DNA of 64,000 bases from Minisyncoccia bacterium (GCA_041740795.1 JBGSLH010000016.1:3431-67430); one strand, 5' to 3'. Positions 19,936 through 28,941 are shown, numbered from the stretch's first letter. Numbers and translations: made by a program. Notes: a model not told the origin generated them from the sequence alone.

Positions 19936-19959
19936 AAAGCCGCCCTTCGGGCGGCTTTT
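19936..19959. terminator. Bidirectional intrinsic terminator after dnaK
   Basis: AAAGCCGCCCTTCGGGCGGCTTTT, a GC stem flanked by an A-run and a T-run. Confidence 0.8.
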
Positions 19960-20291
19960 GCTAATTTGTCACTATAAATCTTCCAGGCAATACAAGGGAC
20001 ACGCAGACTTGAGCCTGTCAAAGCCCCTTGAAACCACGTCGTGTCGGCATTTGAATTGGTACAGGAGTTCGGTTTCGTCAGGATAAAGCTTAATTATAAG
20101 CAGCTGGGCTGCCAAGAGTTGCTTGAGCTTGAAATCAAACTTATAGGCGAGAATGACGATTTTATTATAGTTGCACCTCTTGCTGAAGTATATCCCGCTA
20201 ATTGGCATGTTCATTTGAAACTATATTAGACGGAATTTTATACAAGTCAAATGCCTTTTATTTATCGTATTTTCTGGTAAAATCACCTCAC

Positions 20292-21164
20292 ATGGCATCA
20301 GACTATTACAAACTACTAGGTGTGGATAAGAGCGCGTCTGCCGACGAGATAAAAAAGGCGTTTCGAAAACTCGCCCAAAAACTTCATCCTGATAAACCCG
20401 GAGGTGACGAGAAAAAGTTCAAAGAAATTAACGAAGCCTACACAGTCTTAAGTAATCCAGAAAAACGAAAGCAGTACGACACATTCGGATCTGCAGACGG
20501 AGCAGGACAAGGTTTTAACGGAGGACAAGGATTCGGAGGATTTGATTTTAATGGATTCCAACAAGGCTTTAATGGTCAGCATGTAGATTTTGACATCGGA
20601 GATATTTTTAGTCAGTTCTTTGGAGGCGGAATGAAGCGAACTCCAAAAGGTCAGAACATCACAATAGATACGACTATTACCTTTAAGGAATCAGTATTTG
20701 GCATAACACAAACACTTTCATTTTTCAAAAAGAAAGATTCCAAAAAATATGAGGTATCGATCACTGTCCCTGCAGGCATTGAAGATCGACAAATGCTTAA
20801 GATGGCAGGAAACGGAGAGCCGATCGAAAATGGTAATCCTGGAGATCTTCTCATTATTGTACACGTTCAGAAGCATCCATACCTCCAAAAGAATGGGTAT
20901 CATCTCGAGATGGAACTCAAACTTCTTCCAACTGAATTAATTCTTGGAACAAAAAAAGAGATTGAAGGAGTTGATCGGAAAATCGATATTAAGATTCCAG
21001 AACGCACGCAACCTGGCGAGGTATTCAAGGTAAAAGGAGAGGGAATCCAGTACAACAAAAATACCCGCGGTGACCTGTACATCGTCGTGTCACTCGACAT
21101 GCCAAAGAAGTTAGATAGAAAAGCTCAAAAGTTGCTTGAAGAATTGCGAGAGTTAGGAGTATAA
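20292..21164 (+). CDS. dnaJ: J-domain co-chaperone, DnaJ/CbpA-like, lacking the zinc-finger domain
   Basis: J-domain DYYKLLGV...HPDKP, a G/F-rich region, and C-terminal substrate-binding domains. There is no cysteine anywhere in the protein. The ORF is open from 20202, but MASDYY at 20292 is the canonical start. Confidence 0.85.
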   Translation: MASDYYKLLGVDKSASADEIKKAFRKLAQKLHPDKPGGDEKKFKEINEAYTVLSNPEKRKQYDTFGSADGAGQGFNGGQGFGGFDFNGFQQGFNGQHVDFDIGDIFSQFFGGGMKRTPKGQNITIDTTITFKESVFGITQTLSFFKKKDSKKYEVSITVPAGIEDRQMLKMAGNGEPIENGNPGDLLIIVHVQKHPYLQKNGYHLEMELKLLPTELILGTKKEIEGVDRKIDIKIPERTQPGEVFKVKGEGIQYNKNTRGDLYIVVSLDMPKKLDRKAQKLLEELRELGV

Positions 21165-21171
21165 TACTCAC

Positions 21172-21636
21172 ATGATTCAAATTGGATTTTTAACCATCGA
21201 TGTAATTATTTTATTAGTCATCTTCTGTTTTACTTTTTTTATAGCTTTCAAAAAAAGTAAAAAAAGTGTGGCACGTTTTGTGCTTCCGTTCTACGTCACA
21301 ACTTTGATCTATACAACTCTTCCGTTCAAGGCAACAGAAGCATCTGCAAAAATAATGTTGTTTCTCGTAACATACACTATCTTGGTATTCCTCATGAAAA
21401 AATCAATCACTGCCGTTGGGGGAATTACAGGAGGAAGACATTTTCTTGACTCGATCCTTCTCAGCTTTGCAGCGATTTTTTCACTTTTCATTGCATACTA
21501 CAAGATCCTTCCCCTTGAGAAGATCATTAAGATCAATTTTCCTTTTAGTGCACTCATTCTCGAAAATGTTCCGTATTATGCGTTAATCAGTATTCCACTT
21601 GTATTGATATATATCTCAAACGCACATCGAGACTAG
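21172..21636 (+). CDS. Hypothetical multi-pass membrane protein
   Basis: 154-aa ORF with four hydrophobic helices. Confidence 0.55.
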   Translation: MIQIGFLTIDVIILLVIFCFTFFIAFKKSKKSVARFVLPFYVTTLIYTTLPFKATEASAKIMLFLVTYTILVFLMKKSITAVGGITGGRHFLDSILLSFAAIFSLFIAYYKILPLEKIIKINFPFSALILENVPYYALISIPLVLIYISNAHRD

Positions 21637-21812
21637 GTGGAGATATTTCTAAACGAGTCATTCTGCAGACCTGTTCAAAACTTAAAAAACCTGCGAAATG
21701 ATTCTTCCAAGGGACCCGCCGGTTACGACACCCAGCTGTCAGAATCATTTCGCAGGTTTTTCTTTGTTTTGTTAGGTCGAAGCCGATGAGAGAAGAACAT
21801 ATCTCCACCTAG
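21633..21812. repeat. Long-hairpin intergenic element, copy 1 (apex inverted)
   Basis: The outer stem 21633-21646 pairs with 21799-21812. A perfect 21-bp inner stem 21685-21705/21741-21761 encloses a 35-nt loop. That loop carries the reverse complement (23/25) of the 25-mer found at 49608 and 60447. The flank blocks ATTCTGC and GTTTTGTTAGGTCGAAGCC are shared with the other two copies. Confidence 0.85.
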
Positions 21813-21849
21813 TCTCTGTGCACCTTACCTTGTTGCATATTTTTGACAG

Positions 21850-22055
21850 AGAGTTACGATTGAAAATGGATATGACCTCCCACAGAAACGACAGTAGCGG
21901 AGCTTCATCACAGGAAGCTGAAACGGAAGAAGGATTCAATTCCTCACACACCAAGCGAAGGAAGCAAGCCTTCCTGAACTGCAGGAAGTATCGAGGGCGC
22001 AAGTCTCGCAAGCCGCGAGGCAGACACCTCGTCACACGTTGAGATTCACTCGTTC
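21850..22055 (+). ncRNA. Candidate structured RNA or leader upstream of trpS (unclassified)
   Basis: Locally GC-rich: about 58% in 21941-22040 by hand count. It has several local hairpins (AGCTTC/GAAGCT, AGGAAG/CTTCCT, CGAG..CTCG) with GCAA/GCGA loops, and it ends in a strong terminator. Confidence 0.3.
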
Positions 22056-22090
22056 AAATGCCCGGCAACCTTCGGTTGCCGGGCATTTTT
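22056..22090 (+). terminator. Strong intrinsic terminator 30 nt before trpS
   Basis: AAATGCCCGGCAACC-TTCG-GGTTGCCGGGCATTTTT. Confidence 0.85.
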
Positions 22091-22121
22091 ATTTATTCAT
22101 CTCTTTTGTTATACTGTCCCC

Positions 22122-23087
22122 ATGTCAAAACTCGTATTATCAGGAGCAAAGCCTACAGGAATGCTCCACATCGGAAATTACTTCGGTGCTCTTAGACAGT
22201 TCGTGGAACTTTCAAATCAAAACGAGGGTCGTTTTTTTATTGCTGATCTACACGCACTTATTTCAACACAAGACAAAGGTGAACTTCAAAAAAACATCTA
22301 CAACCAGGTTCGAACATATCTCGCAATAGGACTCGATCCAGACAAGGTTACAATTTTTAAACAATCAGATATTCCCGAGGTGACCGAACTCGGATGGATT
22401 TTTAATTGTCTTATCACTATGCCACAACTTATGCGAGCACACTCATACAAGGATGCAGAAGCCAAGAACAAAGAGGTGAGTGTAGGGCTTTTTGATTACC
22501 CTGTACTGATGGCAGCAGATATTCTTATTCACAATGCAGACATTGTCCCTGTTGGAAAGGATCAAAAGCAGCATGTCGAAATAGCACGAGAGATTGCGCG
22601 CAAGTTCAACAACACCTACAAAGAACTTTTCAAGGAACCGCAAGAATATATCATCGAATCAGTCGAGACTGTTCCTGGTACCGACGGACAGAAGATGAGC
22701 AAAAGTTATGAAAACACAATTCCACTTTTTGCGACAAAGGAAGAAATTACAAAGGCTGTGATGAGTATTCCAACAGATTCTGCTGCAATGGAAGATCCCA
22801 AAGACCCACACACAAATACCATTTATAAAATCCATAGTCTTTTCCTTACAAAAGAACAACGCGCAGAAGTAGAAGCCAAATACAAAAATGGAGGGATGGG
22901 GTACAAGGAGGCCAAAGATATGTGCGTAGAATCAATCGAAAATTTTATTGCTCCAATGCGAGCTACATACGAATCCATCACGTCAGACCAGGTGCGGGAA
23001 GTGCTACAAAACGGAAAAGAAAGAATCCGTCCGTATGTTATCAAGCAGATGGAGCTTGTGAGGGAGGCCGTCGGCATTTCAATTTAG
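22122..23087 (+). CDS. trpS: Tryptophanyl-tRNA synthetase
   Basis: GAKPTGMLHIGNYFGA (HIGH-like), KMSKS (GQKMSKSYEN), 321 aa. Confidence 0.95.
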   Translation: MSKLVLSGAKPTGMLHIGNYFGALRQFVELSNQNEGRFFIADLHALISTQDKGELQKNIYNQVRTYLAIGLDPDKVTIFKQSDIPEVTELGWIFNCLITMPQLMRAHSYKDAEAKNKEVSVGLFDYPVLMAADILIHNADIVPVGKDQKQHVEIAREIARKFNNTYKELFKEPQEYIIESVETVPGTDGQKMSKSYENTIPLFATKEEITKAVMSIPTDSAAMEDPKDPHTNTIYKIHSLFLTKEQRAEVEAKYKNGGMGYKEAKDMCVESIENFIAPMRATYESITSDQVREVLQNGKERIRPYVIKQMELVREAVGISI

Positions 23088-23089
23088 CC

Positions 23090-23824
23090 ATGTCTACAGA
23101 CTTTGCAGTTTCTACAAAAGTTTTTGAAGGTCCATTATCGCTCTTGCTCGACCTTATTGAAAGGAGAAAATTACTCATCAACGAAATTAGTCTTTCACAA
23201 GTAACAAATGATTTTCTTGATTTTGTCTCAATACTTGAACAAAAAGATTTGCACAAGATTACGGATTTTCTATCAATCGCATCTACTCTCATCCTTATAA
23301 AGTCAAAAAGCTTGCTTCCCCAATTAGACTTAAGCAACGAAGAGGACACAGAGATTGAAGATTTGGAACTTCGACTCAAGCTCCTGCAGATTTTCAAGTT
23401 AGCTTCAAAAGGAATCAATGAACTTTTTGCAAAAGAGACTACATATTCAAGATTACAAGTCAAAAAGCAGGTTATTTATTTTACACCAACAGACCAGATC
23501 GACGTGCTCAAAATGAAATGGTTTACAGACCAAGTACTGCACAATTTCCCCAAGAGTGACAAAAAACCTGAGAAGCGTGTAACCAAGACGATTTCTCTCG
23601 AAGAAATGATGAACAAGGTTATCAACAGAGTACATCAACACATGAGTATCTCTTTCAACACACTAACAAAGGAGCACAAGGAAAAGAAAAATGTCATTAT
23701 CAGTTTTCTTGCTATACTGGAACTCGTAAAGCTTGGAAACGTGGAAGCTAGCCAAGGAAATACATTTGACGATATCCTTGTCGAATCCAAAGACCCACAT
23801 CTTCCAAGTTATGGAACACACTAG
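23090..23824 (+). CDS. scpA: Segregation and condensation protein A
   Basis: FEGPLSLLLDLIERRKLLINEISLSQVTNDF. The ORF is open from 22922, but the ATG at 23090 follows the trpS stop. Confidence 0.85.
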   Translation: MSTDFAVSTKVFEGPLSLLLDLIERRKLLINEISLSQVTNDFLDFVSILEQKDLHKITDFLSIASTLILIKSKSLLPQLDLSNEEDTEIEDLELRLKLLQIFKLASKGINELFAKETTYSRLQVKKQVIYFTPTDQIDVLKMKWFTDQVLHNFPKSDKKPEKRVTKTISLEEMMNKVINRVHQHMSISFNTLTKEHKEKKNVIISFLAILELVKLGNVEASQGNTFDDILVESKDPHLPSYGTH

Positions 23825-23825
23825 T

Positions 23826-24362
23826 ATGAATATAAAACAACACATAGAATCAATCATTTTTTTCAAGGGACAGCCTGTCACATACAAAGAGCTGGCGAAG
23901 CTTCTTGAAAACTCAGAGGAAAAAATAAAAAAGACAGTTGAGGAACTCTCGTTTGATTATAAAGATAAGGGGATTCACATTGTTTATAACGAACATGAAT
24001 GTGAGCTCGTGACCGCGCCGTCTGGTTCTGATCTAATTTCAAACATGAACAAGCAAGAGGTTGAGACAGAGCTCAGTAATGCATCTCTTGAAACACTCAG
24101 TATCATCTTGTACATGGGACCAATTGCCCGGAGCATGATCGACTTCATCCGTGGAGTGAACTCGCAATTCACACTTCGAACCCTCCTGATACGAGGACTT
24201 ATTGAAAAAGATCCGACGTCTAAAATGCCACTCTACATCATAACACTGGACATAATCAAGTATTTAGGTTTAAATAAGCTAGACGAATTGCCTAATTTTA
24301 AGGAGATACGACAAGAAATTGCCCAGTTTATTAAAAACAACTCAAAAGATGCGGTTCAATAA
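23826..24362 (+). CDS. scpB: Segregation and condensation protein B
   Basis: IESIIFFKGQPVTYKELAKLL, LETLSIILYMGPIARSMIDFIRGV. Confidence 0.85.
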   Translation: MNIKQHIESIIFFKGQPVTYKELAKLLENSEEKIKKTVEELSFDYKDKGIHIVYNEHECELVTAPSGSDLISNMNKQEVETELSNASLETLSIILYMGPIARSMIDFIRGVNSQFTLRTLLIRGLIEKDPTSKMPLYIITLDIIKYLGLNKLDELPNFKEIRQEIAQFIKNNSKDAVQ

Positions 24363-25287
24363 TTATATTCAAATTCAAAACAAACAGATAAAAGTGTTGT
24401 ATCTCGCAACACTTGTTTTGTTCTTACCGCTGTTTGGTGGACTCTTTTTTTTGTATTCACAGGAATCCAAAAAAGACATGCCAGTCATTGAGGCTGAAGT
24501 ACTAACACCAATTACAATTAATCTTAATTCGGTACAAACAACGGCACACGCTGCTTTTGTACTGTCTCTCAACACAAACACAGTCCTCTATCAAAAAAAT
24601 CCCGACAAACCGCTTCCTCTCGCATCTCTTACAAAGCTCGTGACTGCAAAAGTTGCAGAAGGACAACTAACAGGAGATACAATCACAATCAACAAAATGG
24701 AAGAGAATGCCGAGTATGGTGATGTGAATCTTCAACAAGGAGAAATCTGGAATGCGAACGACCTAATAGATTATACCCTTGTTACTTCTTCAAACGATGG
24801 AGCACACACACTTTCTGCAAGTTCTGCGAGTCCAATTGCTTTTACTCAAAAAATGAATGCACTGGTAGCATCGATTGGTGCAGTGAGTACTCATTTCTAC
24901 AACGAGAGTGGTCTTGATAACGACACATCAGGAGTTCCAGGATCAAAAGGTACAGCACATGACATGAGTAAGATTCTTTCATATCTTGTCAAAAATAATC
25001 TACCACTGTATGAAAAAACTCAGCATGCAAATATCACAGTAGAAACTCCGACTGGTGCGCGTCTTGCAGAGAACACAAACGAAGTAACAAACAAGATTAC
25101 AAGCCTTCTCGTTTCAAAGACAGGATATACAGATCTTGCAGGAGGCAATCTTGCAATAGTTGCTGATATGGGACTTAACGAGCCTGTAGCATTTGTCGTT
25201 CTCAAATCTTCACGAGAATCACGCTTCGAAGATGTGCTCAAGCTGCAGAACGAGTATTTTGCACAAGTACGCGAAAAGATGCGGTAG
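24349..25287 (+). CDS. D-alanyl-D-alanine carboxypeptidase (S11, PBP5/6-like)
   Basis: SxxK (ASLTK), SxN (SSND) and KTG (SKTGYT) motifs, plus an N-terminal TM helix. Confidence 0.8.
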   Translation: MRFNNYIQIQNKQIKVLYLATLVLFLPLFGGLFFLYSQESKKDMPVIEAEVLTPITINLNSVQTTAHAAFVLSLNTNTVLYQKNPDKPLPLASLTKLVTAKVAEGQLTGDTITINKMEENAEYGDVNLQQGEIWNANDLIDYTLVTSSNDGAHTLSASSASPIAFTQKMNALVASIGAVSTHFYNESGLDNDTSGVPGSKGTAHDMSKILSYLVKNNLPLYEKTQHANITVETPTGARLAENTNEVTNKITSLLVSKTGYTDLAGGNLAIVADMGLNEPVAFVVLKSSRESRFEDVLKLQNEYFAQVREKMR

Positions 25288-25321
25288 TCACATCCTTTCA
25301 AATATTCTATACTAGCTACAT

Positions 25322-26395
25322 ATGATTTTAGACGTAGTAAAAATATTGCTCCCAGCCGTGCTGGGATTTTTAGTGGGTATCGGAATCACTCCGACAATCA
25401 CGAATTACCTATACACGAACAAGATGTGGAAAAAAAAGGTAAAGTCAGTAACCATAGACGGACAAGAAGCGACTGTCTTTATGTCACTCCATACAGAAAA
25501 AGAACTCGGAACACCACGGATGGGAGGTGCGATCATCTGGCTCTCTGCTTTCATCACAGCATTCTTCTTTTGGTTCCTTTCAAAAGTCGTACAAATAGAG
25601 ACTTTTGATTCTCTCGAATTTATCAGTCGAAACCAAACATGGATCCCATTCTGTACACTACTTCTTGGAGCCTTTGTGGGACTGATCGATGACCTTATGG
25701 AAATCAAAGGATCTAGCGACCAAAAGGCAGGGGGACTTTCAGCCAAAAAACGCCTCTTGTTCGTCGCTCTGGTAGCCGGAGCCATTGGAGGCTGGTTTTA
25801 CAATAAACTTGAAATTTCAGCCATTTTCCTGCCAATTATAGGGTATTTTGATCTTGGATTGCTGTTTATTCCATTTTTTATCCTTACTATGCTCTTTATA
25901 TACTCAGGAGGAGTGATCGACGGGGTAGACGGTCTTGCAGGAGGAGTATTTTCAATAGCCTTTGCAGCCTATGGAATCATCGCTTTTTCAAACAATCAGA
26001 TCGACCTTGCGGCATTCTGCGCACTTATTACTGGTGGAATTCTATCATTTCTTTGGTTCAATATTCCACCGGCCAGATTCTATATGTCAGAGACAGGGTC
26101 GATGGCGCTCACCATCACTCTCACGACAATCGCCCTTATGACCGACAAGCTTGGTGATGGAGCAGGACTGATCGTGTTACCGATCATCGCACTTCCTCTC
26201 GTATTAACTGTTCTTTCCGTCATGATCCAACTCACATCCAAAAAGCTGCGTGGCAAAAAGATATTTCTCTCCACCCCAATTCACCACCACTTTGAAGCGC
26301 TTGGATGGCCTTCATACAAAGTAACGATGAGATACTGGATCTTCTCGATCATCTGCGCAACACTCGGTGTGATCGTAAGTATAATAATTCAATAA
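25322..26395 (+). CDS. mraY: Phospho-N-acetylmuramoyl-pentapeptide transferase
   Basis: 357-aa polytopic ORF with GTPRMGG, GLIDDL, DGVDGLAGG and HHHFE motifs. Confidence 0.95.
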   Translation: MILDVVKILLPAVLGFLVGIGITPTITNYLYTNKMWKKKVKSVTIDGQEATVFMSLHTEKELGTPRMGGAIIWLSAFITAFFFWFLSKVVQIETFDSLEFISRNQTWIPFCTLLLGAFVGLIDDLMEIKGSSDQKAGGLSAKKRLLFVALVAGAIGGWFYNKLEISAIFLPIIGYFDLGLLFIPFFILTMLFIYSGGVIDGVDGLAGGVFSIAFAAYGIIAFSNNQIDLAAFCALITGGILSFLWFNIPPARFYMSETGSMALTITLTTIALMTDKLGDGAGLIVLPIIALPLVLTVLSVMIQLTSKKLRGKKIFLSTPIHHHFEALGWPSYKVTMRYWIFSIICATLGVIVSIIIQ

Positions 26396-26398
26396 CAA

Positions 26399-27496
26399 AT
26401 GGTAGACAAAAAAATCGACAAGCCATTCTTTTTTCTTTCTCTTGCACTGATAGTGCTCGGTATGTTTATTTTTTATTCTGCTGTACTCGGATTTGCTTCA
26501 CGTCAGAATCTTGAATACTCGAGTCTTATTTTCAACCAACTCGTCATTGGACTGATCGCAGGTTCGCTCATTGCATTTGTCATTTCGACCATAAAGTATA
26601 GATTTTTAAAAAATCTGGCACCTTGGATTTTCTTCGGAGCTCTTTTGTTGATGTTCCTTGTATTTGTCCCAGGACTTGGGTACGAGTACAACGGCGCGCG
26701 TCGGTGGCTCAATATCGCAGGAGTCTCACTTCAACCGACCGAACTTTTGAAGATTACAAGTATCATATTCTTTTCGGCATGGATCGCTAAGTTCCAAAAA
26801 CGCAATGAGAAGACGCGCTTTGGAATATTTTCGCTTGGAGCAATCGTAGCAGTGACTGCAATTCCACTTATCCTGCAGCATGACTTTGATGCAATCATCC
26901 TTATTAGTATTCCATTAGTTGCAATTTTGCTCGTCTCCAAAGCACCGGTAAAAGAGGTTTTAAAATTCTCTGTTATCGGAATATTATTGATATGTATTGT
27001 TGGAATGTCCTTCAGTCACGTGAGGAATCGTGCGCTTTCTTTTCTCGACAGCGGAAGCGATTCACGAGGCGCCAACTTCCAGGTACAACAGGCGCTTATT
27101 GCAGTAGGGTCGGGAGAATTTTTTGGAAAAGGATACGGACAAAGTGTACAAAAATTCAAATATCTTCCTGAGCCAGCAGGGGACTCCATCTTTGCAGTAT
27201 ATGCTGAAGAAATGGGATTTGTCGGCGGTGTCGTGCTCATTCTTCTCTATACATTATGGGCACTTCGTGGTTATAAACTTGCGACACTCATGAAAGATAA
27301 TTTTGCAAAATATTTTATTACAGGAGCAGTAACACTTATCATCACACAGAGCTTTGTAAACATAAGTTCAATGCTTGGAATACTTCCTGTTGTTGGAATG
27401 CCACTCGTATTCGTCAGTCAAGGAGGAACGGCACTGATGATCAACCTCTGTATTGTTGCGATCATCTTGGATATGTCTGCTAGTGCAAAAGCCTAA
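26399..27496 (+). CDS. ftsW: SEDS-family peptidoglycan polymerase (FtsW/RodA)
   Basis: 365-aa polytopic ORF with SLQPTELLKI, LPEPAGDSIFAV and GMPLVFVSQGGT. It lies next to mraY. Confidence 0.8.
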   Translation: MVDKKIDKPFFFLSLALIVLGMFIFYSAVLGFASRQNLEYSSLIFNQLVIGLIAGSLIAFVISTIKYRFLKNLAPWIFFGALLLMFLVFVPGLGYEYNGARRWLNIAGVSLQPTELLKITSIIFFSAWIAKFQKRNEKTRFGIFSLGAIVAVTAIPLILQHDFDAIILISIPLVAILLVSKAPVKEVLKFSVIGILLICIVGMSFSHVRNRALSFLDSGSDSRGANFQVQQALIAVGSGEFFGKGYGQSVQKFKYLPEPAGDSIFAVYAEEMGFVGGVVLILLYTLWALRGYKLATLMKDNFAKYFITGAVTLIITQSFVNISSMLGILPVVGMPLVFVSQGGTALMINLCIVAIILDMSASAKA

Positions 27497-27514
27497 CAGC
27501 GTTATACTTAGAAA

Positions 27515-28492
27515 ATGTCTCCCAAAGTGGAATACATGCTCATACTTGCATTCTCAATTGGAATTCCTATTTGTGGATATGTGTTTGCATCTTCGTACCT
27601 CAATTCAAATTCGAGATCAGTTGCTTTTGAATCCATCGCGCAACAAGAAACACCAACATCCACAGAACCGGTGTCGTTACTTTTTATCGGAGACATTATG
27701 CTTGACCGTACAATACGCAAGGACGGGGAAGTGAAAGGGTATGCAAATCTTTTTGCTTGTCTCGCAGAAGAATTTGCAAAGTACGATGCCGTAATCGGAA
27801 ATCTCGAGGGAACAGTGACTGACTTTGTTTCAGTCAGTCGAGATACGGCTTACGAAGCGCCAGAGAGCTTTAGGTTCACCTTTGATCCTGTTGCGGTGAA
27901 GGCACTGGTTGATGTCGGACTCTTAATCGTATCAATAGGGAACAATCACATCAGGGATTTTGGTGATGAGGGAATTGCACAGACTATTTCATATACACAG
28001 CAGTTCGGTCTGCGTACTTTTGGGGATCCACGACCTCAAGGTAAAAAATATACAATCGAAACAATCGGTGACACACGTGTCGCATTCGTGGCATACAATC
28101 AATTTTTTGGAAATGAAAAACAGACACTTGAGAATCTACGCGAAGTCGAATCGCGCTCCGACATACAAGTCATCTTTTCTCACTGGGGAGATGAATATGT
28201 TCTGGCAAGGACCGACACAAAAGTTTTTGCGCATATGCTTGTCGACAACGGCGCGGATCTAATTATCGGAACACATCCGCATGTCATTCAGGAACGAGAG
28301 CAGTACGAGGGAGCATGGATTTATTATTCACTCGGTAATTTTATATTTGACCAGTATTGGGAAGAAGCGGTACGAAATGGTCTTGCAGTCGACGTGACAA
28401 TACAGGATAAAAAGATCACGGCAGTTAGTGAGATGGAAGTCGAAAGTGCTCCGCATAGGGGTTCCTGCATAAAAAAAGTCCCGACGCAGTGA
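27515..28492 (+). CDS. CapA-family metallophosphatase-like protein
   Basis: FIGDIMLDR, GNLEG, GNNHIRDFG, HWGDEY, GTHPHV. Confidence 0.8.
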   Translation: MSPKVEYMLILAFSIGIPICGYVFASSYLNSNSRSVAFESIAQQETPTSTEPVSLLFIGDIMLDRTIRKDGEVKGYANLFACLAEEFAKYDAVIGNLEGTVTDFVSVSRDTAYEAPESFRFTFDPVAVKALVDVGLLIVSIGNNHIRDFGDEGIAQTISYTQQFGLRTFGDPRPQGKKYTIETIGDTRVAFVAYNQFFGNEKQTLENLREVESRSDIQVIFSHWGDEYVLARTDTKVFAHMLVDNGADLIIGTHPHVIQEREQYEGAWIYYSLGNFIFDQYWEEAVRNGLAVDVTIQDKKITAVSEMEVESAPHRGSCIKKVPTQ

Positions 28493-28521
28493 TGCATCGG
28501 GACCAATAAATTCAATTCAAA

Positions 28522-28941
28522 TTACGTTTGTGAAATCAAAAAGGTCCGTACGGGATTCCTTTTATCTGAAGCTTCAGGAGCCTCAGAAATCTTGAAGTAA
28601 AGCACTTGTCTTGTACCGGGATTAGTAGCCCTATATGATTGAATCATGTCAGTAGGTTTGTCGCTAAAAACGCGAAATCCATCATGTTTAAGAATATTCA
28701 TCACGTATACAAAAAGTTGATCTTGGGCATGAGTTGAAGACACCGTAATGCGCTGCTTCTTTTTGTGCACGTTATGCTTTACATCAAACACAGGGTAGCG
28801 TTCTTCTGGATCAGCAAGGGTGTTTGCGATAAGTCTGAAGACATTTTCGGTCTCCTTTTTTACACGTCGGGCACGAAAAAAGGAAACGAGGACAAGAACA
28901 ATGATCACGGAAAAAGCGGTTACCTGGAATTGTGGATTCAT
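28522..28941 (-). CDS. Hypothetical membrane-anchored protein
   Basis: 139-aa ORF with an N-terminal TM helix AFSVIIVLVLVSFF. Confidence 0.5.
   Translation of the reverse strand: MNPQFQVTAFSVIIVLVLVSFFRARRVKKETENVFRLIANTLADPEERYPVFDVKHNVHKKKQRITVSSTHAQDQLFVYVMNILKHDGFRVFSDKPTDMIQSYRATNPGTRQVLYFKISEAPEASDKRNPVRTFLISQT

Noticed and set aside
20321-20329. Isolated perfect DnaA-box 9-mers: TGTGGATAA here and at 60317-60325.
   Set aside because: They are single boxes. This one lies inside dnaJ coding sequence (LGVDKS) and the other sits alone upstream of mraZ. Chance occurrence in an AT-rich genome is a sufficient explanation.
21685-21761. Classical invertase-driven phase-variation switch at the flipped apex of long-hairpin copy 1.
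   Set aside because: The invertible core would be only 35 bp, and the inverted-repeat sequences differ at each locus. No recombinase gene is in the window. Template switching or an ancient flip is more parsimonious. I keep it as a testable alternative only.
21771-21777. Integron attC-like core GTTRRRY (GTTAGGT here, GTTAGGC at 60505-60511) in the long-hairpin flanks.
   Set aside because: Copy 2 has ATTAAGT. There is no matching RYYYAAC inverse core and no integron integrase. The flanking genes are housekeeping genes, not cassettes.
21950-21975. SRP RNA helix-8-like string GCGAAGGAAGCAAGCC.
   Set aside because: The 5' side lacks the conserved AGG loop and a GNRA-closed helix. The string simply forms the local hairpin AGGAAG-caagc-CTTCCT.
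21772-22042. 74-aa plus-strand and 87-aa minus-strand ORFs between the long-hairpin element and trpS.
   Set aside because: Both strands are open at once in a GC-rich, hairpin-dense segment. The peptides are low-complexity (R/K-rich tail). A structured RNA explains the sequence better than coding does.
21850-22090. T-box riboswitch controlling trpS.
   Set aside because: An AGAGAG and a UGG-A are present early in the region. However, I find no T-box core (GGUGGUACCGCG-like) and no upstream segment able to form an antiterminator with the 5' arm of the 22056-22090 terminator.
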